A stretch of 64,000 nucleotides of DNA from Octopus sinensis (Eukaryota): contig NC_042998.1 of NCBI RefSeq assembly GCF_006345805.1, forward strand, positions 145,142,001-145,206,000. Direction: 5' to 3'. The translations under genes and the position numbers were made by a program. Below, piece by piece: positions 12,690 through 26,590 of the stretch (the first letter of the stretch is position 1; the number at the start of each line of letters is the position of its first letter). Under the pieces are notes generated by a model. The model searched no databases and had not been told where the DNA came from. It saw only the letters and a program-made list of their open reading frames with translations.

Positions 12690-13950
12690 CTACTTCTTAC
12701 ACAGGTTCCTTCCACTGTAAGGGTATGACACTTCTTCACACAGCTGTCCTCATCCATACGCAACACATGACCCTACCAGCGTAGTCGTCTCTTGTACACC
12801 ACATCTAATGCTTTTTATGTCCAATTTTTCCAAGGTAGGAGCTTTCTGAATTTTGCCCAGGCTATTCTTATTCTAGCAGCTACACTCTCAGAGCACCCAC
12901 CCCCACTACAGACTTGGTCACCTAGGTAGCAGAAGCTATCAACTACTATCTAAAGCATCACCATTACCTTTGTAGTAGTTGACTATGGTGCTGCTCCACC
13001 AGTCATTGAGAAATAACTACAGGGATATCAAATTGTTGGATCGGGTGATGAAAGTTACGGAGAGGATCATAGCCCAACTAATTAGGGAGATTTAGCCTAG
13101 ATAAGATAGTTTGATTTTGTGCTCGGCAAAAGCACCACTGATGCTATATTTCTGGTAAGACAACTGCAGGAGATACACCTAGTCAAAAATAAACCTCTGT
13201 ACTTGGCTTTTGTTGACTTGGGGAAGCTTTTGACAGGTTCCCTCGATCCCTTATCTGGTGGTCAGTGTGGAAAATAAGGATAGACGAGTGGTTGGTAAGA
13301 GCTGTACAAGCCCTGTACAGGAATGCTGTCAGTAAAGTGAGGGTTGGCAACGAGTATAGTGAAGAATTCAGGGTAGAAGTAGGGGTTCACTGAAGTTGTT
13401 CCTAAATCTCTTGACGATGTGGAGGGTTCTTAAGCTTCCAAATCCTTCTTTTCCAGATTGGTCTGCTTCTTGGCATTCTTCTGGTCTCGAGTTAAAAGTC
13501 ACTAATAATTAGTCTATGCTGGGAGTTACCAACAGGAAGGGTCTTTGTATTTAAGAGCAAATATGCATCCTGCTGTCTGGTGAGAATGAAATCAATCTGG
13601 CTAGCAGAGTCACCTGATTGATAGGTTATGAGGTGGCCGGCTGGCTTCCTGAAGTTTGCAAATCAATAGGTTATTTGCATCACAGAACTTAGGAGCCTAT
13701 TTCCCTCTTCGTTTCTGGAACCAATTCCATGGACCCCATGTATACCATAGAAGATACCAGGTTGCCGTGCGACGTGCCCATTAAAATATCTAGTCACAAA
13801 GATGAGATCATGTCACGTCTTTGAGGTAGCCAGCAGAAGAATATCATAAAAGTGGTCCTGGTCATTTGGTAGGCCTGCTTGTGGAGTGTAGGTAGAGATA
13901 ATTGTAGCTATACCGTTCTGTAAGACTAACTTGAGTTTAAACAGTGTCGC
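12690..13950. mobile_element. Rearranged RTE-like LINE fragments in mixed orientation
   Basis: Minus 12690-12960: RRLRW*GHVLRM; plus about 12980-13390: NYRDIKLLDRVMKV, GKSTTDAIFLVRQLQE, AFVDL; minus 13390-13950: APE endonuclease motifs (IISTYTPQAG, RNEEGNRLL, SQIDFIL). Confidence 0.8.
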
Positions 13951-14618
13951 ACACCCTTGACTACCTTTATGACCTTATCCACCCATTTCTTTGACAGAAG
14001 TATGCCCACACCCATTACTCCGTCACTACTTCCCCAGATTTTATACCTATGTACATTACCTGTAAGGACCCTGACTGAAACTCTTCACCTTACCTCTTGT
14101 ATGCAGCATACATCAACACGCCTCAGTTCAGGCATCTCTACAATCTCGCTAGACCTACATTTACAGTGCCAACTCTGAAAACTGAGGAAGGGATGTGGGA
14201 GGAAACATAGGAAGGAGAGATGTTATTCAGCACCTGAAAAGGTTTCCATGTTTGATAGACGTCACATCGGTTCTTCTCGCTTTTAACCTATCGTCATTCA
14301 AACATGTTAAAATTGTTGCCTCTACTGCGGGATGAGAGTAAGGAAGCATTGTAAATGAAAGAAGCGTTATGAACATTGTAGATATAAGTGTTACTGATGC
14401 TGCAGATATAAATATAAATAAAAAATGAATATAAATATGCCAATGTTAAATTAAGTGGGCTGCTATCTGTTTGGATTAATCCAGAGACAAAGAAAAGTGG
14501 GGCGAGATTACCGATATAAGAGAGGAGACTACCAGTACGAAAGCGGGAATTTCAGGTAAGTGCAATGGGGTGTCCTCTAAGAGAAACGAGATTTCTTGGA
14601 AAGGATTGGCGCAACCAC

Positions 14619-14720
14619 GTACAAGAAAGAATTATTTTAGAGAAGAGTACGAACAAGAAAGAATTATTTTAGAGAACAGTACGAACAGGAATTATTTTAG
14701 AGAAGTGCTAACAAGAAAAT
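14619..14720. repeat. Short minisatellite, about 30-33 bp x 3
   Basis: GAATTATTTTAGAGAA core repeated three times with similar linkers. Confidence 0.7.
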
Positions 14721-14942
14721 TTAGGTTTGAGAGAGCTCTTTAGTCTTGCCGAGAGCCAAAACAACATTTATAGTGCTGGTGCCTCATAAAAATGCCCTTC
14801 GTACACTCTGTAAAGTGACCAGTATTAAGAAGGGCATCTAGCAATAGAAACCATGTCAAAAATGCGACGTTAGAGCACGGTGTGGATCTTTGGCTCATCG
14901 CTTACTGTGAAACCAATTACTCGGTTTACACGTCTACGCTGG

Positions 14943-15012
<70 letters not shown>

Positions 15013-15016
<4 letters not shown>

Positions 15017-15770
15017 CATAAGGGACTAAAGCCATCTGAATATGGCTAGGGACAGGGCAGGGTGGTGGGGGTGTTACTGTTGCATTTATCCCCAGGCGAA
15101 CATCGACGTCGCTAGATAGGCTTGACACCGTCACGGTGTCCTTTAACCTGCAAAGGGAGATAATTCCCCGATGAAGCGGAAACCACACACGGACCATGGT
15201 TTCAAGGTGTATTGCCTATCGTCAACGTGTGGTAGGCCTCCGCTTCCTCGACGAAATCTCACTCTGCAGGTTATTCATATATAGATTTTCAAGCAAAATA
15301 CATTTGCTGATTTCGAAAATCTGTTCGACAGCAATAATAATTCTCTAAAAGAGATATAGACAGTAACTGCTCGATAACATAAGGGACTAAAGCCATCTGA
15401 ATATGGCTAGGGACAGGGCAGGGTGGTGGGGGTGTTACTGTTTTGCTTGAAAATCTATATATGAATAACCTGCAGAGTGAGATTTCGTCGAGGAAGCGGA
15501 GGCCTACCACACGTTGACGATAGGCAATACACCTTGAAACCATGGTCCGTGTGTGGTTTCCGCTTCATCGGGGAATTATCTCCCTTTGCAGGTTAAAGGA
15601 CACCGTGACGGTGTCAAGCCTATCTAGCGACGTCGATGTTCGCCTGGGGCTAAATGCAACAGTAACACCCCCACCACCCTGCCCTGTCCCTAGCCATATT
15701 CAGATGGCTTTAGTCCCTTATGTTATCGAGCAGTTACTGTCTATATCTCTTTTAGAGAATTATTATTGCT
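15013..15770. repeat. 361-bp unit (1.2 direct copies) plus terminal inverted segment, flanked by (TA)n
   Basis: Segment A (15014-15079) repeats at 15375-15440; 15441-15726 is the reverse complement of 15013-15298 with one mismatch seen; 15726-15770 is the reverse complement of about 15330-15374. Confidence 0.95.
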
Positions 15771-15780
15771 ATATATATAT

Positions 15781-15826
<46 letters not shown>

Positions 15827-15991
15827 CACTGTGTATGTATATTTGATGTTTGACTCAGCTCCTTGATAGTTTCGTAGGCGCGTTGGACATGTCCATGTCA
15901 TCAGAAGCTTGGAGCAAATTCAAGAAGACTCGGTGTTTGGGCTTCCGATGGTCAGCTCAGTTCACGAATTCAACCTTATGGAAGCAACTTA

Positions 15992-16791
15992 TCTATATAT
16001 ATAAAACTCAACTTGTGTGTCTGTATGTTTAACTTCCCGGCACATCTCCTCCTAGCCAACAAATCGTAGAACCACAAAAAATGGGTCACTTAAAGTTTAG
16101 GCGAATGAAAATTGATTTGCGCTATTTCTGTTCCGAAATTCATCTCGTAATCGATAATGTGTTTGTTTAGGCCTTATCCCATGCATTGGATAGTGAACTT
16201 TACTCAGTCAGCTGTTTGACCTGAACTGTGTTCACGCGCGCGAGCATGCGTAAATTGCATGAAAAATAAAAAAATCAAGATATAAAAACGAATCCCCGTA
16301 AACATTGTAGAAATTCGGCAATGAAATGAATTTTCGGGATGTAGCCTGGAGGGTTTTTTCACATTAATCGTTTGGACTTTGTGAACACATACCAATTGTT
16401 TTCATAACATTTTAACGCTTTGAATTAAATGTGACCATTTTGCGTTGAATCTGCAGTTTGAATCACTTTAACCAAATTTTAGCAGGCCGGATTTTTGATC
16501 ATCACGATACATCACCAGCGACTCCCTGAAACTCTCCCCTGAAATCCCCGTTGAGAAATACTGATCTAAAAGAATAATTCAACAATGCAATTATTTGATC
16601 AACAAAAATTTATGAAACGCTTCTACGTACTTCCTATTGAGGAAATGGAACACATAAGCGCAAAAATAAAGGGCATTAAATGCTTGATTTTAAAACCCAA
16701 ATAATTGAATTTTGATTGAACTTCATCCAAGTTTAGCTTAATTTGCGCGTGCATAGAACGCAGGAGCGCACGAGCCGGGCAATACTGCTAG
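15992..16791 (+). mobile_element. Helitron-like non-autonomous element
   Basis: Inserted between A and T; 5' TCTATATATATAAAA; 3' GCCGGGCAATACTGCTAG shared with the copies at 36256 and 52227; no TSD. Confidence 0.8.
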
Positions 16792-16979
16792 TATATATAT
16801 AAATCCAAAATAGAGACGAACACCGATGCTCCATGTGATAGACTTGAATAATGTTGAAAACTTCCTTGACATGAAATCAATGACAACCTTAAAACAAAGA
16901 ATCTTTATCCACCAATGCGGTGTTGAACCCTCATTCTCTTTGTTCGATATTTACACGCACGCACGCACGCACGCACACA

Positions 16980-17019
<40 letters not shown>

Positions 17020-19527
17020 CACACACAGACACACACACACACACACATACACTCAATGTGGTAGTTACTACTTATCTCTTACTCCATCCTGACTTCATAT
17101 ATATCGACTTCAGATTTGATACACAGAAGATTAAAGAAAATGATTATAATTTCGTGTATTACTTTTGAAGCAGATTTCTGAAATTCACATCCAAAATAAT
17201 ACATTTTATGTGAGCATGAATATCCTAACGATGGCAGAGTTGTGTATTTTTGTTGTTATAGTTGTTTATTCTGTGGTCAAACGTTTTCGCAACCTTTCAT
17301 ATTGGACTCATCATCTCGTTCGGTAATTTCTAAATTTACTTCTAAGCAACTTTGTTAGATCTTCATCAGATCTTTTGTTTGTTAAATGTAGTCGGTGAAA
17401 TAGGAATAGTTCTTTTAATCTTTTCAAGACTTCTTAGACTAAGGAATAATATTAATAAAAAAAAAAAAAAGGATGGAGGTTGGGGATAAGTAGGCGAGGG
17501 AAGTTAATCCATTCAATAGATTATTGCTATTAGTAAAACTGAGAATGGTAATAGCTATGGTCTACTTGAATATTTGTTCTCTGCAAGTTTATTATTTAGT
17601 GGGCTTTATCTTATTGGTATCAACATCGGTGCAGGCGAAGCCGTGTGTGTTGGAAGCTTGCATTGCAACCATGTACTTTCTAATTTGCGTTCAGTCCCAT
17701 TGCGTAGCTCCAGGCCAAATCAAAAACCGTGGCAGTGAATTTAGTAGATGAAACCTGAAGGAAGCTTGGTCGTATATGCGCGTGCGCTCGCGTTTCGCCT
17801 TGACAGTGTATGATACTTGTAAATGATGGTCACTGTCATACAAGCCGTGTCTGCGCAGACATCTGGCCAAACAGAAATTTCGACGTCATGTGCATAATCA
17901 TCCTACAAGTGATGTTCATTTCCAGTGCCCCATGAAAAACGTGTCTGGTTATGGGGAAATATTGCCATGTTTGGAAACAGGTGAGGGTTGGCGACAGGAG
18001 GGGCATCCGGACGAGAAAAAAACTACCCCAACAAAATTCCATCTAAGCCATACATGCTAATGATGATGATGACATCAATCACTAGCTGTAAACGATCTCG
18101 TCGCTCAAGTGAAACAGCTACACGAGTATGTTTAATTGCGTATGTGTATATTGTTTGTTTCAACACCAACTCTCAGTTTTCACTCTAATTTATTGCTGTT
18201 TCTTCTCTTATGGGTGATGCTTGTCTAGTATCATTCTATTTGACATTGGGCATCATCTCGTTTGTCAAATGCTTAGCATTCACAAGCAGAATCTCTTGGT
18301 AAGAACCACTTACACACAGATAGCATGTGTTTTTTCAATTAGATTCTCATGTCAAGCCACTGCAATCTCCAGCTGTAACTGTTACAGCTCGGTATTGGTT
18401 GTGTGCGTGTGTGTGTGTATGAGTATACACACACACACAACGTTGATTTATGTGTGGTCTAGTCCTTGTGTTTATTGGTTTTTCATGGGTTGTGTACGTT
18501 ATTTCTGTAGTGGGGTATTTGTATTTGTAGCAATCGTGGGAGGGGGTGTTATTTATTTGTTTATGGTTTCTTGGTGGGGGATGTTTTTGTTTATCATTTT
18601 ATTGTGTGCATGTATGTGTGTGTGTAAGGTGTTTAACTGAACGTTTTGAATTGGTTTATTTGAAAGTAAAAGTAATTAAGGGTGTGTTCTGTTAGCAATA
18701 TTTCTAATGAACAGTGCTTTACACGGTTGAATTAATTTGGGTGGAGATTGTTTTTATGAGAATATCATTTTTTGGTGGGGTGGGGGGAATTGTTTTGGAC
18801 AAATAAGTGTGTGTGGTAATTTGTATTTCTTTAGAATTTGAAATTTCCTCAAAGAAACATGTGTATGGATAGATGGATACGTGACTGTATCTAGTTGGTG
18901 TGTTAGTGTCTTGATTTGGGTACTTGATCAGTGGTAAAGGGACAAAAAATGTGGGGTGGTATTGGTTATGACTAGTGATATATTTTAATGAATGTATGTA
19001 CAAAACGAAATGTGTGGGAACCACTGATCACGTATCCAAATCCGGTGCTTTAGTAATTTTGCCAACCCACCATCTGGGATTGGTACTGAAAAAAAGAAAA
19101 ACCCTAAAAAACAATGACCTTGAAAAATTACCACTAAATGTAGCAATCAGGCACCAAGAACCTCTAATCCTGCTATTTTACATCAATTCCCTTTTGGCTA
19201 CATGAAGTACCATTAAGGACAAATTGTATTTCGTGCAAGTTTGGATTATTAATTATCTTCTTACTGCATTATTACTCGACATCAAAATTTGTTAATCCTA
19301 ATGCACCAACTGTTTGAAAATTTAAAATTATTCTCTTGGTTTAGAAATTTCAATTTCAAACTCTTTTAAGATGGCTGTTGTATCTAAGTTTTCTTCTGTT
19401 GAAGAAAAGGATCTCTCCTTTAACAATATGTTGTTTTAACCACTTGACAGGTGCATACAATGGGAAGGAAAAAGGAGAATATGAGTGATAGAGAATGACT
19501 GCCACCACATCTCCTAGTCTATATATA

Positions 19528-19588
<61 letters not shown>

Positions 19589-19862
19589 CTAGTTTCAGCT
19601 CAGAGCTGCGGCCATGCTGATGCACCGCCGTTTTGTGCTACACTGTTATTACGACGAACCTCGTCTAATATGTGGCACTTGGTGAAGAATGGAGTTTGAT
19701 ATAGCTACTCTCATTTGCACCTCTTGCTGTGAGGTAGGTTCATCTGGGACTCTTGACAGGAAGATGTCCAGCTTTGATTTAAAAACCGCTACATCTATTT
19801 TGTGCAAGTTCCTCAGACTCTTTGGGAGAATATTAAAAAGCTGTGGGCCCTCGAAACCCAGG

Positions 19863-19898
<36 letters not shown>

Positions 19899-19978
19899 TA
19901 ACAACAAAAGAATGAGACTTCGATATTAGAAATAGAGGATTATATATGTTATGATTTAGAACAAACAGTAAAAGGTTG

Positions 19979-20048
19979 CCATTATAGTAGCCGGAGTTTC
20001 GAATGTCGGAGCAAAGAACTGCGATACATTCTTGTCGGCTAGTAATGG
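19979..20048 (-). ncRNA. Decayed type I hammerhead motif downstream of the Penelope-like ORF
   Basis: Minus strand: helix I CCATTACTAG/CTATAATGG; core CCGACAA (two changes from CTGACGA); helix II GAATGT/ACATTC; GAAA; helix III CTCCGGC (decayed palindrome). Confidence 0.55.
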
Positions 20049-20487
20049 CAACAGACGCTATGAAAAACCGTTGAATAAAAGGGAAGTTACTTTGATAGGT
20101 AGAAAAAGGACAAAGAAAAAAGATAAAAAGTACACGCAACCATATTCCTACAATACATAGACATAAACCTCCTGCGTTCACAACGTCTACATAGGTACAC
20201 ACTCACACAAACATCTATACGTACATGCACATACACACACACAAACATGTATGTACGTACTCATACATACATATCCACGCACACATGCCTATATATATAT
20301 ATATGCATGTGTGCGTGTCAAGAATAATCAGCCGAAATTGCGAGGATAATCTGGTACTTGACTGAGGATAGAGGGCTTCGAATGACCTGTCTTTGTTTTC
20401 TTTGCATCGTCTATCTGGTGTTTTGTTGTCCCTTCTTGTATCACCTAGCTGTCCGGATGTTTTGCGTTCTTGTCTCATTTTGTATTT

Positions 20488-20519
<32 letters not shown>

Positions 20520-20664
20520 TGTATGTATGTATGTATGTATGTATGTATGTATGTATGTATGTGTGTGTGTGTGTGTGTGTGTACGCAACCCCATCCTCAT
20601 ATATAAAAAAGATCCCATTATTTGTTGGGGATTGTGTGGACTTGGAATATCATTTTTTTGTGTT

Positions 20665-22950
20665 CAGTAATGTTTTGTACCTTCTTTTGAAAAATTATTC
20701 TTTATACTTCTGAAAATGATCGTTGTCAGACCATAACTTGAAGAAGGGTAAAATTGTGAATTTCCCCTTTCCGCATGATGCGAAGTGTCCACCGCAAGTG
20801 GTCTTTCTGACAGAGGGGTCTTTAATTTGTTGTTTGTGTACACGAACTCTGTCATGTAGTCCCGTTCCGGTTTAACCAATATAGTACTCTTTACATTGTG
20901 GGCAAGTTGCACCGTAAATTAAGTTTTTCGTTTTCCAATTCATGTTTGCTTTGATTTTGAAAATATTGCTTTTAAAAGAGATTTGTACAACCTCTTCAAT
21001 CAAGGGTTCTGCATCAAGGGTCCCCGTAATTTTTTAACATACATTGTTTCAGTGTTAGATGTAAATTTCGCCTTGGTGAGTAGTTTTTTTAGGTTTGGTG
21101 TTTGGCATCTGCTATATATTATTTTATGAGTGCATTCATTTTGGGAGATTGCTGGAGAATTGGGAGATATTGTATGGCGGCTTTCACAATGTTGAAGTTC
21201 CTTGGGTTGTGAGTGACGATAAAGGGGATGACTGTTTTGTCCTTTTTATTTTTTTGGTTTGTCTTTCTCCGTGTTGTCACTGGAATGTTCTGGGCCTTGG
21301 AGATATCTGTATTGATAAGGTTCATCGAATATTCTTGTCTTTTAGGGAACCATTTTAGTTCATGAAAACTTTTCCTGCTGTGTGGGCTGTGTTACTACGG
21401 TGCAGATGCGTATTGCCATGTTAAAGGTAATGTTCCTTTTAGTATGAGAGAGGTGTGCTGATCGGAAATTTAAGTATTCGTGTTGGTTTGTAAAATAGGT
21501 AAAAATTTGATATTTTCCTCTTCTTTAATGATAACGATATCCAGAAATGGTAGTTCCTTTCTACTACATTCCATGGTGAATTGTGTTGCTTCATGGAACT
21601 TGTTTATGTTGGAATGGAATCTTAGCTGGTTTTCTTGATTTCTATCCCAGAAGATGAAGCTATAATCTAGGTAACATTTCCTGTTATTAATGTAGGTAGC
21701 GAAGTCGTGACTGAACGTTTCCTGCAGTTGGGAATATAATTTTGTTTCTCGGTATCCCATAACGTGTGTTGCATATGTTTGGACTACTTTGGTGTCCATG
21801 GCTGTTACTTTTATTTGTAAATATAGTTCGTTATCAAAGAGGAAGTGGTTGTTCTCCAATATTAATTTGAGCCCTTCCAAAATAAACTCTGTCGGGAATC
21901 TCTCTGAAATGGAATCTAGATGTTTTGTAATCTAGAAGTCAACCGCTTCAATTCCTACTTCGTGTGGGATGTTAGTATATAAGCTTGTTACATCAAAGCT
22001 GACTGAGATTGTGTCTTGGTGTACTTTTGGGGGGATATAGATCAGGAATCCCATATCATCTTTGATCGGCACTTTTTTACATAGGGGTTTCAGAATGATG
22101 TCTAATAAGTTGCTTGGACGTTGTGTGCGTGAGGCTGGACCAGCAACAATTGGTCGTAATTTTAAATCTGCCGGTTTTTGTACTTCGACATATGATGAAG
22201 TTTTGATTTTATGCTGTTTTAGATTTCTTTGGATTTGTGAACTTTCTGTAATCCATAAAAATTACTGGTTTTCATTTCAAAGTTAAGTAATTGATTCCCT
22301 TTAGTTGAGATTATTTTGGTGCTTTGTCGTCAGTTTATCTACTTTTATCATTGAATTTTTTGCTCGCATTTGTTGATTTTCCTGTAAAATCCTTCGTTAT
22401 TCAACTGTTCTAGGATCATATATTTGTATTGGTTTTTGTCCATCATGACGATTGCTCTACGTTTGTCAGCTTTTTTAATGATTATTGAGAAGTCTTTTTG
22501 TAATTTGTTTAGTACTGGCAGTTGGCCTATAGAGAAAATGTATTTGTGCTTCGTCTCTGCAATATTTGACTGGGCTGATCGTAGTAAGCAGGTTATGAAT
22601 TCTTCCAAGTGTCTGCCTCTATTCAGCGGTGATTTGAAGTTCTTTTTGTTTTGCCCTAGTGACTCCTCTTCGTATTCTACATGTTGGAAAAACTCTCCTA
22701 GACGTAATTTGCGACAAAAATCTTCTGTGTCTTTTATATGATCGGCTTGATCTGCTTTTGGGGTGGGGGATGTCAGTCCATTTTCTAATAGTTTGATTTC
22801 CATTTGTGTTAATTTCTTGGCCGATTTGTTGATTATTCTTGGTGCCTGTCGTTTTTCTTCGTCAAGGGTGGTGTTTTTTTCATTTTTTATTTCATTTAGT
22901 TGGAGGCATCTTCTCCTAAAAAAGAATTTGGGATAGGGGTATCTCTTTTG
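20665..22950 (-). mobile_element. Degenerate Penelope-like retroelement ORF (RT + C-terminal GIY-YIG), canonical Penelope/Poseidon/Neptune type
   Basis: LLENGLTSPTP, IIIKKADKRRAIVMMD, DVTSLYTNIPH, NHFLFDNELYLQIKVTAMDT, catalytic motif decayed to YLDY, FLDI; GIY-YIG NLIYGATCPQCKEYYIG*TG...RVRVH at about 20750-20930. Confidence 0.9.
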
Positions 22951-23225
22951 TGGTGAAATATTTTATGTACACTGGCATTTCATGTTGGTAATTTTCTGAG
23001 TGGTAGAATTTTGTTTGGGATTAATATGTGGAGGTTTGGTTCTTCTGTTGTTCCGGTCATTCTTCATATATTTTTGATTTTGTGTAGTTGTTCTTGGCAT
23101 TTTGACAGTAGTTGTATCCGGTTCTGGTGTTTGATATTTGGTTTGTGTATAACTGTGTGTTTGGGACTCTCCAATTTCTGTTTGAAGTTTGTTTATTGCA
23201 TAAGACTTCTTCATTTTTTTGTTTT

Positions 23226-23227
<2 letters not shown>

Positions 23228-23292
<65 letters not shown>

Positions 23293-23735
23293 GTATATAT
23301 GTGTATTTATATATATGTATGTGCATATAAGGATGTATATACATATGTATGTATATTTAGGTGTATATATGTCTGTGTATATATGTGTATATGTATGTAT
23401 GTAAATATATACATGTATAAATATAAGTATGTATATATAAGTATGTATGTATATATTTATGCATGCATATATGTATGTATATAGAAAAATGTATGCATAT
23501 ATAAGTATGTAAGTATATATATGTGTATGTATATATGTATATATATGTGTGCATATATATGTATATATGTATGTGTATATACGTATATGTGTATATATAA
23601 GTATATATATGTATATGTGTATATATCTGTATATACATGTATATATTTATACATATGTATGTATATATGTGTATAGATATGTATATATACATGTATATAT
23701 GTGTATATATGTATATATATATATTATATATATTA

Positions 23736-23780
<45 letters not shown>

Positions 23781-23800
23781 ATTATATATATATATATATA
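23228..23800. repeat. Compound (TA)n/(TATG)n microsatellite
   Basis: Direct reading; source of several spurious YI/IY ORFs. Confidence 0.95.
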
Positions 23801-24179
23801 TACCAATAGTATATTGGATAAATGATATCCCATAGTGGGTTACACCCATAACCCCTATCTTACTTTGTATTATATGGAAGAAGATGTCATTGTTATATTT
23901 TATACAAATGTAAATATAGCCGTTTACTGACACAATATAGAGTAAATTAATGTAAAATTTAAATTATTATATTTAAAATCAATTTGCTGTACAATAGATG
24001 TGTACAGATTCAAATTTCAAGAAGACATTTCTATCATTTATCCAATGGAAAATTTATGTTATGTGAATATGTGTATACTCAAATTAATTCAAATTTAATT
24101 TTCTTTTTTCTTATTTGTCAACATCCTACTATTATTATGATACCACTATATGAAAAAAAAAAGAAGATATTAATATGAT

Positions 24180-26590
24180 TCTTTACTTGATGATCTCTTA
24201 TAGTGCTTAAAAGTTTCATAAAACCCATGTTTGCATGTGGATAATGCTTCAGATTGGCAATTAATTAAATAATTATGTTTATGTAATAATATGTATACCG
24301 ATTCCTTTGTACAAAGACGGCAGATAGAAGATTTATGTGTATATCGTGTAGCTGAGTCAATGATTGACCAGGATAATATATAGTTAACTTTTCTTGTTTG
24401 AGTTTGTGTATATATGTAGCCAATGAAGTAGTGTTACTCGTTATATTTGGTTTAAATGAATGTATATGTGCTAAAAATCTTTAATAGAGCTCCCTATATA
24501 TATATACCATACTGTGTGAGTTATCAGTTTTTGTAACATTGCATTTATATATCACGTTGAACCTTCTACATTTGCCTTCAAAAAGACATGATTTTTATGC
24601 TTACATGTGCAATATTTAGTTATATGTTTCTGTTCTGTGGTATAATCTTTAGTACTATTATGATTATTTGTTATGGTGCGTGGTGCTATATTTGAATTTA
24701 TTGTGGAATCATTTATAATAGAATTAGGTATATTTACTGTTTGTAAGTTATTAATGTTATTAGATTGTGGTATTGGATTATCTAAGGCCTATTGGATACT
24801 TTGAGATGTATAATTATTGGAATTTTGCTGAGATTTTGTTACTGTTATAGTATTGCTATGTGTTCTCGTAATGTTATCTATTGAACAAATATTATGTTGA
24901 GTATCATTTAGTGTTCTAGAACTATTGTCTATTTCATTACTAGTATTATTGTTGTTGTTATTATTTCTTAAACTATCTTTATATTTATTAAGGTTTCGTC
25001 TATTAGAGTTGGCGATAATTGATCCTATGTTCAGCAATGTAGAAAAATATATTTTAATTGTTAATCTATTAAATATATGGTGATACTTATGATTATTAGG
25101 AAAGCTATTTTTGATCGTTTTGCTAATCCTTTAACATTTATTGAAAATAGGGTGCGTGCACCAAATAATTTTCCTATTTTCACTCCTACTAGGTCATTTA
25201 TTATAGTTATGTACTGATTTTGGAATGTGCATAGTATTTCCCGAGTGTTTTTTCTTATTACTATATTTGGTTTTATATCTACCATAACATTTTCTTTTTT
25301 TTGTCATATTTTACAAAGGTTTCATTTTTTTGTATTGATTGAATATTGTTGTAAGAGGTAAGGTTAGTTGTATTTCTTAGTTTACTATTATGTGTAGTTT
25401 GGTTTAGTTCCATTTGTGCTATATAAAGCTTAAGTTTTATATCTTTTATATATTTAATATTTTGTTTAAATCCACTTGCAGCTAAAGCTTGATTATAATA
25501 GTTGGCGTGATTATTAAATATTTCTTCATTATAGGATAGATCTGAGATTCTAATAGATATACTGTTTACAATGCTATTAAGTAATAATATATGATGGTTA
25601 GAATGAATGTTTATAAATTTGAGATATTCATTACGTTTATAGAAAGGAGAATAAGTAGAGGTATTGAGGTCCAGAGTTACATCTAAGAAATTCGCTTTAC
25701 AATTGCTTTCTTCAAAGGTAATAGATAAACCAAAGTTTTATAAAATTTATGGAGTTCTTCCTTCATTTTACCTATTTTTCTTTTGGATCGGCTATTATAA
25801 ACCAGGAGAGCATCGTCTCTTTATAATCCTCCTTTGATAAAAGAGAAGCATTGTCTAGACTTATGTAACAGATATAAACCTACCAAGCCTGTAATTTGTG
25901 CGGAATCAGAATATCCCATGGTAATATCCAATACATTATTATTTGCAGCACGGCACCATAATTTTTCATTAAATTTTATAAGTGTTTTTCTAGCTAGTAG
26001 TATTATATCAATTTCAAGTGGTGTAATATCAGAGAGACTTTTGGCTAAAATTATAGCTTTATTTAATATAATCGGTAGTATAGATGCATAATAGCTATTA
26101 ATGTCAAATTGTAAGAATGACGAGTTAGTTTTTTTTGGTAGTAAATGGAACCAAGTAATTACTTCTCCTGTGCTAAACCAAATGTTACAATTGAGTTTTT
26201 TTCTTCATTATAGGTATAATTCGGTCAATATATTTTTACTGATTCTGCCAATTAGTCTTATAGTTGGATTAATATTAAAATCAGATTTGTGGCCCTTTAA
26301 GTTGAAGTGTGGTGTATTTGGAGTGTATATTTCTGTGCGGTCTTCGACTTCCAATTTATACATAATTTTACAATGTTCATTATTTATCAATTCTAAATTT
26401 GACGTGTTTGTAATTTTATATGATTTACATAGTTCTTTATCGATAAAATCTTGGTAGTGAATTGGGGTAATAGAATATAAATTTCCAGTTTTATCAGAAA
26501 AGACATGTACTATTGGTGAATTAATAATTTGGTTGACTATTTTTGTTAGATTCCTTTGATATTTGGAAGAAAAATTTGAGAATTTAATAG
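24180..26590 (-). mobile_element. 5'-truncated AT-rich Penelope-like element (RT + GIY-YIG), related to the 45056 element
   Basis: SDKTGNLY, LKGHKSDFNINPTIRL, LQFDINSYYASI, DITMGYSDSAQ, GGL*RDD, NFLDVTLDL, then VIYKC...VYIG and CRLCTKE; Asn-rich linker; several frameshifts. Confidence 0.9.

Noticed and set aside
14619-14720. Spaced repeats superficially like a CRISPR array
   Set aside because: Only three units, linkers similar to each other, eukaryotic context and no cas genes; a minisatellite.
15150-15270. Canonical hammerhead in the 361-bp unit (CCGATGA and GAAA)
   Set aside because: U4 is C, there are 8 extra nt before GAAA, and only about 5 nt are available for helix I.
15858-15915. Minus-strand CTGATGA...GAAAC motif beside the 361-bp structure
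   Set aside because: Helix II does not close next to the core and helix III lacks its pairing G; too degenerate to call.
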